A stretch of 64,000 bases of DNA from a virus: IMG/VR virus record IMGVR_UViG_3300009159_000033; one strand, given 5' to 3'. Within the stretch, counting starts at the first letter, position 1, and the number at the start of each line of letters is the position of its first letter. The position numbers were made by a program, and so were the translations under genes. The notes beneath the pieces were generated by a model. The model ran no database searches, was not told where the DNA came from, and saw only the letters and a program-made list of their open reading frames with translations. Shown here piece by piece: positions 1 through 7,705 of this stretch.

Positions 1-12
1 GGAGATTATTTA

Positions 13-393
13 ATGCAAGTACATGAAGCATTTAAACTTGGGTTTTTATCTAGGTGTGTCGAAGAGGGAATGAATCCCGAGCAGACACATGGTTTGTCTA
101 AAATGGCTGCAAGCTTATTTAGCCCAATGGGTGAAGTGCGTAACGCTGTTGGAACTCTTGGGGACATGGCCCCGTATTTAGCGGCAGGATTGGCAATTCC
201 GCCTGCCCTTGGCGGTCTTGCTGCCTACTTTGCTAACCAAGCTACAGACACAGAAAGCAGTCAAGGCGTAGATAATATTAAGCGGCAGGAATTGCAAGAA
301 ACTTATGAAAGAATGGCTGGGCAGCTGCAAAGGCAGAAAGAACGACAAGATTATAAAGCAAAGCGTAAGAGTACTGGGCGTATTTTCCTGTAA
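13..393 (+). CDS. Hypothetical protein, putative internal head/ejection protein
   Basis: SD GGAG upstream; Gly/Ala-rich hydrophobic segment (YLAAGLAIPPALGGLAAYFA) followed by a coiled coil; KLG and KMAA motifs. Confidence 0.55.
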   Translation: MQVHEAFKLGFLSRCVEEGMNPEQTHGLSKMAASLFSPMGEVRNAVGTLGDMAPYLAAGLAIPPALGGLAAYFANQATDTESSQGVDNIKRQELQETYERMAGQLQRQKERQDYKAKRKSTGRIFL

Positions 394-408
394 CCGGAAG
401 AGGCTAAG

Positions 409-783
409 ATGGCTAATAGTTTAGTGAAGTTTACCAACCGAAAAGAAGGTAACGAGCGAGGCCAATTGTTTTGGGATCGTGCGGATGTAGATGGTCTGCC
501 TTTCCGAGGACATCAAGCACCCCTATACCGCAACGAAGAGTATGAAGACAGACTAGTACGAGTAGCTGACCCAAAAAACGCTACTTTCTACACTGGGGAT
601 AACGAACAGAACTTGGCCTATTTAAAAGTCATGGATGGTGTGGCAAATTCTTGGTATCAGTTGGTGTTTATCGAAAGATGGCGAGAAGAGAAAGATAAGC
701 ATCATTACATCTACGCAGAGTGGCTCGAATATTTCTTAGAAGATGGTAATCCCTGCTTGATGCCTTCTTCCTCTACCCCATAA
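409..783 (+). CDS. Hypothetical protein
   Basis: 124-aa ORF with SD-like GAGG, tiles with neighbours; no motif recognised. Confidence 0.6.
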   Translation: MANSLVKFTNRKEGNERGQLFWDRADVDGLPFRGHQAPLYRNEEYEDRLVRVADPKNATFYTGDNEQNLAYLKVMDGVANSWYQLVFIERWREEKDKHHYIYAEWLEYFLEDGNPCLMPSSSTP

Positions 784-787
784 GGAT

Positions 788-1570
788 ATGGACATGAATA
801 AGACAAGCGCAAAAAAGTTATTGAAACAAATTAAAGTTGAAAAATCTGCAGCAACACCAATTGGTGCGCTCGGTGATGATCTTAGAACGCAAGTTAATCA
901 ACAAATGCAATCTGATGCAATTAAAACTATTCTTAAGGCAGTAGCATTTGCAGCAGGAACTGGAGCTGCAGTTAGAGGAGTTACCGGACTTTTTGAAGGG
1001 CCAAGAAACCCTAAAAAAGGCCCGCGCGTAATTGATATGCCGGTAGCATATCCAAAAGAAAAGAATGCAATAGATTCAAATTCTAGAGCGACTTCTCCTT
1101 ATGGTTTAGACTACTTTTTACCTAGCCTTGTGGTAGGTGCTCCACTCGCTGCTTATGGTGGCTGGAAAGGTGTAGATCTTTTGCTAAACAAAGTAAAGGA
1201 ACGAGAAAGCAAAGCAAAGCTTGAATCTTCAAAAAAGAAATACGAGGAAGCTTTACTTGGAGCATACAAGCAAGGAACTGATGATTGCTTAGACCAGGCA
1301 TTTTCTGGATATAGTCAAAAAGCGGCATTAGATCCTATTGGTGCCATTTCTGACAAATTTAATTCTACTTTTCCAAATGCTTCTGGGCTTGGTAAAGGAC
1401 TAGCTTTAACTTGGTTGTTGTCTAGTGTTCCTGCTGGTTACTACTTGGTCAACAAAGCTATGAAAAAGAATAGTAGGCGCGCCATATTGGAAGAGGCTGT
1501 CGAAGAAAGAGCACGTCGGCAAGCATTGACACAACCTCCTGAAATTTACGCTACTCCGCATGCCGTATAA
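788..1570 (+). CDS. Putative internal head/ejection protein with three hydrophobic Gly/Ala segments
   Basis: AVAFAAGTGAAVRGVTGLF, LVVGAPLAAYGGWKGVDLLL, GLGKGLALTWLLSSVPAGYYLV; EKSAA, EKNA, QKAA motifs. Confidence 0.55.
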   Translation: MDMNKTSAKKLLKQIKVEKSAATPIGALGDDLRTQVNQQMQSDAIKTILKAVAFAAGTGAAVRGVTGLFEGPRNPKKGPRVIDMPVAYPKEKNAIDSNSRATSPYGLDYFLPSLVVGAPLAAYGGWKGVDLLLNKVKERESKAKLESSKKKYEEALLGAYKQGTDDCLDQAFSGYSQKAALDPIGAISDKFNSTFPNASGLGKGLALTWLLSSVPAGYYLVNKAMKKNSRRAILEEAVEERARRQALTQPPEIYATPHAV

Positions 1571-1590
1571 TCTTATTTAGAGTTTTATGA

Positions 1591-4500
1591 ATGCTTCCAC
1601 TTTCATCTAATTTGTTTGATTCTTCTAATCTCTCGTTGCTAGGGAATACACCTCCTTTAGCACAGCCGATGCAGCCATTGCCACCCGCAACTCCATTGCC
1701 TAGCTTTCATGAATTTCATGACACTAAGAAGGTCAGATCTATTATCTACGATAGAGTGCTGCAAGCAGCTCAGCAGCTACAGCCTATGGCTAATGATCGG
1801 CATACGCTTAGTTTAACTGGAGTAAATTACCGTGATGGTGATACCGCTAGCAAACAGGAGCAGAAAGCTGCCATTCTTAATGGTAGATCCCAAGGACGTA
1901 GGCTAGAAGGTACTTGGGAGTTAATGGATAACGCAACACAACAAGTAATCGCTTCTAAGAAATCAGTTCTTGCCACTGTGCCTCACTTGACGGATCGTGG
2001 CACCTTTATCAACAACGGCACTGAGTACATTCTAAGAAATCAACAGCGGTTATTGCCCGGAGTTTACACCCGCACACGGAACAATGGTGAAATTGAATCC
2101 CATGTTAATGTGATGCCTGGGAAAGGTGTATCACAGCGTTATTTCTTAGATCCCGAGAAAGGCAAATTTAAGCTTAAGGTTGGGCAAGCTTCAGTTGGAT
2201 TAACTCCTTTGTTAAAAGCTATGGGAGTTACCTCGGAGCAGGCGCAGGAAGCTTGGGGTAAAGATCTATTCGCTTCTAATTACAATTCGGATGATGCATC
2301 CGAATACACACGGCTTAAAGGCATGTTTCTTTCTTCTAAAGAACTAGCTGAGCCAGAAGAAAAACAAAAACAAGCATTGCTTGCTAAGTTTTCTAAGATG
2401 GAAATGGATCCCGAGGTAAATCGTCGCACGCTGGGAAACCCACATTCAGGTGTCACACTAGACACATTGATGGACATTACTAAAAAGCTGATAAAGGTTA
2501 ATAGGAAAGAAGCGGATCCGGATGACAGAGATGCACTTCACTTTCAGCAATTTGTAGGTCCAGAAGATTTGTTTTCAGAGCGTATTGCCCGAGATAAAGG
2601 CGGGGTACGACGTAACCTACTTTGGAAGATGTCGGGCAAAGGTGATTTAAACTCAATGCCATCTTCTGCTTTAGACAAACAGGTGAAAAGTGCTTTGCTT
2701 GGCAGCGGGCTGGGACAAGCTATTGAAGAAATTAATCCTACAGACATTTATGAAAAGACAATGTCTGTTACTCGAGTAGGTGAGGGTGGTATTGGTTCTA
2801 TGGATGCAATTCCCATGGAATCCAGAAATGTACAGTCAAGTATGCTGGGTTATGTCGATCCTGTGCGTACTCCCGAGTCGGGTCGTGTTGGGGTGGACAC
2901 TTATCTGGCTAGGGGATCTCGTAAGGGAAGTGATGGTAAGCTCTATGCTCAGTTTAAGGATATGCGTAACGGGGAAATGACTTTTAAAACTCCTCAAGAT
3001 GTAGCAGACCTAACTGTCGGTTTTCCCGGAAGCCAAGAAGGCGAAGATGGCCGTGTAGTGGCGATGCGTGGCGGTAAGATGTTACATGTACCTAAATCAA
3101 GCATTGATTTAGAGCTTCCTGACATGGAAGAAGCATTTAATCCTCTTTCCAATGTTATCCCTATGAAGAGTCAGGTAAAGGGTCAGCGATTAGTTATGGC
3201 ATCTCGTATGACTACACAAGCATTACCTTTAGCTTCTCCCGAAGCTCCTTTAGTACAGTCAGCGGTTCCCCGCACAGGTGGCAAACAAAGTTATGAAGAG
3301 CTATACTCGGCTGGGATGGGAGCTTTAAGAGCTTCCCAAGGGGGCACAGTTACCTCCGTGACAGATGAAGAGATTAAAGTGCGGAATGAAGATGGAACCG
3401 AGGAAACGCACGAACTTTATCACAACTTTCCTTTTAATCGTAAAACCTTTTTTCATCAAACCGCTGCAGTTCAACCTGGCGACACATTTAAGCCAAACCA
3501 GTTGTTAGCAAGTTCTAACTTTACAAACAAGACAGGAACAATGGCTTTAGGTACAAATGCACGTACCGCTTATATCCCATGGCAGGGTAAGAACTTTGAA
3601 GATGCAATTGTCATCTCAGAAAGTTTTGCAAAGAAGACAGCCTCTTCTCATATGTATCAGCATGAGCTGGAAGTGGATGACAAAACACAAGTTGGTAAAA
3701 GACAATTTATTCAAGCATTTCCAGCTACATTCAAGAAAGACATATTAGCGAACATAGATGATCAAGGAGTGATCAAACCAGGCACAGTAGTTAATTTTGG
3801 AGATCCTTTGGTACTAGGGATTACACAAAAGGAAAATGCATACAACAAGGTACATAAGAAGGGTCAAGCCGGGTTCAACGATGCAGCCGTACTTTGGCAG
3901 CATCACGATACTGGTGTTGTTACTGATGTGGTGATGGGTAAGAAGGGTCCGGTCGTTGTAGTTAAAGCAGAATCTCCAACGCAAGTTGGTGATAAGTTAT
4001 CTGGTCGTTATGGGGACAAAGGTGTTATTGCGGACATTATTCCAGATAGCGAAATGCCACACGATTCAAATAAGTTACCTTTTGAAGTGCTGCTTAACCC
4101 TCTTGGTATTATTAGTCGAACTAACCCTGCTCAAATGTCTGAATTGTTTCTAGGTAAAATAGCGGCTAAGCGTGGTATGCCGATTAAAGTAGATGATTTT
4201 GATACTAAAAAAGATATGACTCAATGGGTCATGCAAGAACTGGCTAAAGAAGGTTTGTCGGACTTAGAAGACATTATAGACCCATCTAAAGAACAAAAAA
4301 TTAAAAATATAGCAACTGGTAGTCGTTTCTTTATGAAGCTACATCATACTTCTGAGTCTAAAGGACAAGGTAGGAGCGGTGGTGCTTACACGATGGAAGA
4401 TGCCCCAGCCAAAGGTGGCATTGAAGGTTCTAAGCGTATTGGGCTAATGGATGCTAATGCCTTGCTATCTCACGGAGCCACGGACACACTGCAAGATATC

Positions 4501-6057
4501 TTCACAGTTAGAAGGCAGAAGAATGATCAGTATTGGATGCAGTACATGTCGGGGTATAACCCTAAAGTTACTAAGGTTCCTTTTGCTTATCAGAAGTTTG
4601 TAGCCCAGTTACAATCTGCTGGTGTTAATGTAGTCAAGCAGGGAACGCAGACTCAGATTATGGCATTAACGGACAAGGATATCGATAACTTAGCTGGGGA
4701 TCGTGAGCTTAGCAGTGCCGATGGAGTGGAGTGGGGCAACCAGCTTAAAGAGATTAATGGTGGCTTGTTTGACAAGGCTAAGACCGGCGGGCATGGTGGC
4801 ACTCGATGGTCGTTTATGCGTTTGCACGAACCTTTACCTAACCCAGTAATGGAAGAACCTATCCGTCATATGCTTGGGCTAACACAGAAAAAGTTTGAAG
4901 GTATTGTGGCTGGCACAGAATTTTTAGAGAAATATGGAACCGGTACGAAAGCGTTACAAAAAGCATTAGCAGATCTTAATCCTGCTGCAGAAATTCCTAA
5001 AGCTCGGGCTATTATTGCGGCGGGTAGAGGGGCTCAGCGGGATGAGGCAATTCGTAAACTTGGTTATTTTAAATCGGCACAGAAACTTAATTTGCAGCCT
5101 GCAGACTACATGCTGACCAAAGTTCCAGTTCTTCCCCCAATGTTTCGTCCAGTTAGCTTGATGAGCAACGGCATGCCATTGGTTAACGATGCTAATCACC
5201 TTTACAAAGAACTGTTTGAGGCTAATCAGAATTTTAGCAAAATGCAGCAAGAAGTAGGGGAAGAGGCTTCGGGATCGGAGCGTCTTTCCACCTATCAAGC
5301 ATTTAAAGCGGTGACTGGTCTAGGAGATCCGATTAGTGCAAAAAGCCAAGAGAAGAATGTTCGTGGGGCTTTAAAAAATGTGTTTGGTGCAAGTCCTAAG
5401 TTTGGGATTGTGCAACGTAAACTGATTTCTTCTACAGTAGACAATGTGGGCCGAGCGGTAATTACTCCAAATCCGGAATTGGACATGGACTCGGTAGGGC
5501 TACCCGAAGACAAGGCATTTAAGGTCTATGAGAAATTTGTTACTAGAAGATTGGTGCGACAAGGCATGTCTATGCTACAGGCTCGTACTCAATTAGAAGA
5601 TAAGACTCCAGTAGCACGCAAGTTCTTGCTTGAAGAGATGGAGCATCGTCCTGTATATATTAGTCGTGCTCCTGTTTTGCATAAGTTTGGGATTATGGCA
5701 ATGAGACCAAGATTGACTAAAGGAAATACCTTACAAGTGAGCCCTTTAATTGTAAAAGGGTTTGGTGCTGACTTTGATGGCGACACCATGAACTATCATG
5801 TGCCAAGTACGGAAAAAGCTAGGCAAGAGGCTTTTGATCGTTTGTTACCTAGTCGTAATCTTTTTAGCATAGGGGATATGAAATCTGTTATGCATGCCCC
5901 TGCTAATGAATACATTGGGGGTTTGTTTATGGGTACAGATCCTTCTCGTAAATCTGATCGACCAGTACGGATTTTTCAGAACATACAAGATGTAAGGCGA
6001 GCACATGCGCGCGGAGATATTTCAATCAACGATCCGGTACGAATTTTAAATGGGTAG
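1591..6057 (+). CDS. rpoBC: Phage multisubunit RNA polymerase: beta fused to N-terminal half of beta' (carries the catalytic DFDGD)
   Basis: RpoB motifs GTFINNGTEY..QQRLLPGVY, DPVRTPESGRVG, AYIPWQGKNFEDAIVISE, GDKLSGRYGDKGV, LLNPLGIISRTN, MKLHH; after ~4650 RpoC motifs GGLFD, VPVLPPMFRP, VDNVGRAVI, SRAPVLHKFGI, GADFDGD (5764-5784). Confidence 0.96.
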   Translation: MLPLSSNLFDSSNLSLLGNTPPLAQPMQPLPPATPLPSFHEFHDTKKVRSIIYDRVLQAAQQLQPMANDRHTLSLTGVNYRDGDTASKQEQKAAILNGRSQGRRLEGTWELMDNATQQVIASKKSVLATVPHLTDRGTFINNGTEYILRNQQRLLPGVYTRTRNNGEIESHVNVMPGKGVSQRYFLDPEKGKFKLKVGQASVGLTPLLKAMGVTSEQAQEAWGKDLFASNYNSDDASEYTRLKGMFLSSKELAEPEEKQKQALLAKFSKMEMDPEVNRRTLGNPHSGVTLDTLMDITKKLIKVNRKEADPDDRDALHFQQFVGPEDLFSERIARDKGGVRRNLLWKMSGKGDLNSMPSSALDKQVKSALLGSGLGQAIEEINPTDIYEKTMSVTRVGEGGIGSMDAIPMESRNVQSSMLGYVDPVRTPESGRVGVDTYLARGSRKGSDGKLYAQFKDMRNGEMTFKTPQDVADLTVGFPGSQEGEDGRVVAMRGGKMLHVPKSSIDLELPDMEEAFNPLSNVIPMKSQVKGQRLVMASRMTTQALPLASPEAPLVQSAVPRTGGKQSYEELYSAGMGALRASQGGTVTSVTDEEIKVRNEDGTEETHELYHNFPFNRKTFFHQTAAVQPGDTFKPNQLLASSNFTNKTGTMALGTNARTAYIPWQGKNFEDAIVISESFAKKTASSHMYQHELEVDDKTQVGKRQFIQAFPATFKKDILANIDDQGVIKPGTVVNFGDPLVLGITQKENAYNKVHKKGQAGFNDAAVLWQHHDTGVVTDVVMGKKGPVVVVKAESPTQVGDKLSGRYGDKGVIADIIPDSEMPHDSNKLPFEVLLNPLGIISRTNPAQMSELFLGKIAAKRGMPIKVDDFDTKKDMTQWVMQELAKEGLSDLEDIIDPSKEQKIKNIATGSRFFMKLHHTSESKGQGRSGGAYTMEDAPAKGGIEGSKRIGLMDANALLSHGATDTLQDIFTVRRQKNDQYWMQYMSGYNPKVTKVPFAYQKFVAQLQSAGVNVVKQGTQTQIMALTDKDIDNLAGDRELSSADGVEWGNQLKEINGGLFDKAKTGGHGGTRWSFMRLHEPLPNPVMEEPIRHMLGLTQKKFEGIVAGTEFLEKYGTGTKALQKALADLNPAAEIPKARAIIAAGRGAQRDEAIRKLGYFKSAQKLNLQPADYMLTKVPVLPPMFRPVSLMSNGMPLVNDANHLYKELFEANQNFSKMQQEVGEEASGSERLSTYQAFKAVTGLGDPISAKSQEKNVRGALKNVFGASPKFGIVQRKLISSTVDNVGRAVITPNPELDMDSVGLPEDKAFKVYEKFVTRRLVRQGMSMLQARTQLEDKTPVARKFLLEEMEHRPVYISRAPVLHKFGIMAMRPRLTKGNTLQVSPLIVKGFGADFDGDTMNYHVPSTEKARQEAFDRLLPSRNLFSIGDMKSVMHAPANEYIGGLFMGTDPSRKSDRPVRIFQNIQDVRRAHARGDISINDPVRILNG

Positions 6058-6129
6058 GCAATATATCTCTATCCTAGATTTTGATTAGAACTTAGAATCA
6101 TAAGATGAGATCACACAAGGAGTATGTTT

Positions 6130-6852
6130 ATGGCAGTTAATTTGGAATTGTTAAAGATGGCCCGACAACATGTAGGAAAACGCCATCTATCTAAATATGC
6201 ATTTGTTGCAGCAGGTGACCCAGCTATGGGTGCTCCTATGCCTTCTGGCGGTGCTCCTCCTATGGATCCTTCCATGGGTGGCGGTGCTCCACCTCCTGAC
6301 CCTTCAATGGGTGGTGCTCCTCCTATGGATCCTTCTATGGGCGGTGGTGCTCCTCCTATGGATCCTTCTATGGGTGGTGGTGCTCCACCTCCTCCCCCTA
6401 TGGACCCAATGGCAGCAATTATGCCAATGGTTCAACAGGCAGTACAACAAGCAATGTCGGCTAATGGTGGTGGGCAACCGCAAGGTGCGGGCCCTGGGCT
6501 TAAACCTAAAATTGACATAAATGTTGAAATTGTACAAATTAAAAAGATGCTTGCTAAAATTATTGATGCTCTTGGTATCCATGTGCCTGTGTCTGATATG
6601 GTGGTAACACCCGAAGATTTAAACCAGATTGCACAAGGTGGACCAGGCTTGGCAGCAGCTACTCCCGATGGTAAGTCGGGTGGCGGTCTTGGGCAGATTG
6701 CCCCTATTTCTCCGATCAAGGCTGCTGAAGCGTGGGAAAGTGGCACAGCTTTTAGTTTATCAGCTGACTACTATCCTCAGCAGCCTTCTAATAAAAATGG
6801 CAGTGTAGCTGCAATGGCTACTGCTCTTTTAATGCGTAATAATAACAAGTAA
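6130..6852 (+). CDS. Low-complexity Gly/Pro/Met-rich protein, putative head/scaffold-associated
   Basis: AAGGAG at 6117-6122 favours ATG 6130 over 6124; GGAPPMDPSM repeats; KYA and KAA motifs; no Cys. Confidence 0.65.
   Translation: MAVNLELLKMARQHVGKRHLSKYAFVAAGDPAMGAPMPSGGAPPMDPSMGGGAPPPDPSMGGAPPMDPSMGGGAPPMDPSMGGGAPPPPPMDPMAAIMPMVQQAVQQAMSANGGGQPQGAGPGLKPKIDINVEIVQIKKMLAKIIDALGIHVPVSDMVVTPEDLNQIAQGGPGLAAATPDGKSGGGLGQIAPISPIKAAEAWESGTAFSLSADYYPQQPSNKNGSVAAMATALLMRNNNK
6226..6410 (+). repeat. Coding tandem repeat (G)GGAPP(M/P)DPSM, about 5 imperfect copies
   Basis: Repeated ggtgctcctcctatggatccttctatg units visible in the DNA. Confidence 0.85.
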
Positions 6853-6865
6853 AGGGGTTCAGCGT

Positions 6866-7090
6866 ATGTTCATCGTGGAGGTTATTGAAAGTATTGGTAA
6901 GCCTCCACTTAGGATACCTGCTTCGCAGGTTGTAGTTCGAATGCAAGATGGTACTCCAGTAAGTGTAGCTGCACTTTTTGGAAGTGCTACTAGTGTGATG
7001 GTATCTCATTGTGAAGATGCTAATTTCAATGATAATTTGCGTAAACTAGGTATCAACGAAACCGTTATTTCTACTAAAGTACAGGTGTAA
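6866..7090 (+). CDS. Small hypothetical protein
   Basis: 74-aa ORF preceded by AAGGGG; tiles between neighbours. Confidence 0.55.
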   Translation: MFIVEVIESIGKPPLRIPASQVVVRMQDGTPVSVAALFGSATSVMVSHCEDANFNDNLRKLGINETVISTKVQV

Positions 7091-7091
7091 T

Positions 7092-7664
7092 ATGGACTCT
7101 TCTTTACGATCTTCTGACTACTACTACCGAGACCGAAAACCAGAGGTTATTCCCGAGATTGTTCCTACTCCTACTTATCAACAATCCTCTAGTATAAACT
7201 CTTCTAACAATAAGTATTATGCCGAGATGGGACCACTTGTTGCAGAAGATGTCCCTCTTATTGCTAAGCTTCAGATGCCTCCGAAAGAAGTAGAATTGGA
7301 GATACTTGATGGTTGCTATGGCCTAGCTACCATACAAGCTGCATTTGAAGACGGAGCCACCCGCATCATAGTTAAAGCCTATGACTATGTAGTGACTCAA
7401 CTGCAAGTTGCTGTAGACATGTCAGTGGGTCGTGGAGAATTAACACGAGAGCAAACAGACTCTATAGTTTTTGTTGTCTTAGCCCCAGAAGCTATTCTTA
7501 GCCCAGAAGAAGTAGCTCTACCTATTGTAGATATGCCAGAGGCGACTGCTGTTTTAAACGAGGCTCCTAAGCCATCTCGTAAAAAAGCAAAGCGTGGCAA
7601 GAGTGAGGAAATTACTCTTAAAGATATCGAAGCTGCCTTTGGTGGTGACGATAGTGACGACTAA
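7092..7664 (+). CDS. Hypothetical acidic protein
   Basis: 190-aa ORF tiling the gap before the second RNAP gene. Confidence 0.55.
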   Translation: MDSSLRSSDYYYRDRKPEVIPEIVPTPTYQQSSSINSSNNKYYAEMGPLVAEDVPLIAKLQMPPKEVELEILDGCYGLATIQAAFEDGATRIIVKAYDYVVTQLQVAVDMSVGRGELTREQTDSIVFVVLAPEAILSPEEVALPIVDMPEATAVLNEAPKPSRKKAKRGKSEEITLKDIEAAFGGDDSDD

Positions 7665-7705
7665 AATCCAGATTTTAAATAATTTGCACACTCTGAGAAC
7701 TATCC

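Noticed and set aside
6058-7705. Self-splicing intron or intein splitting beta'
   Set aside because: The gap holds three ordinary ORFs, no homing endonuclease or intein motif was recognised, and both halves have their own stop and start
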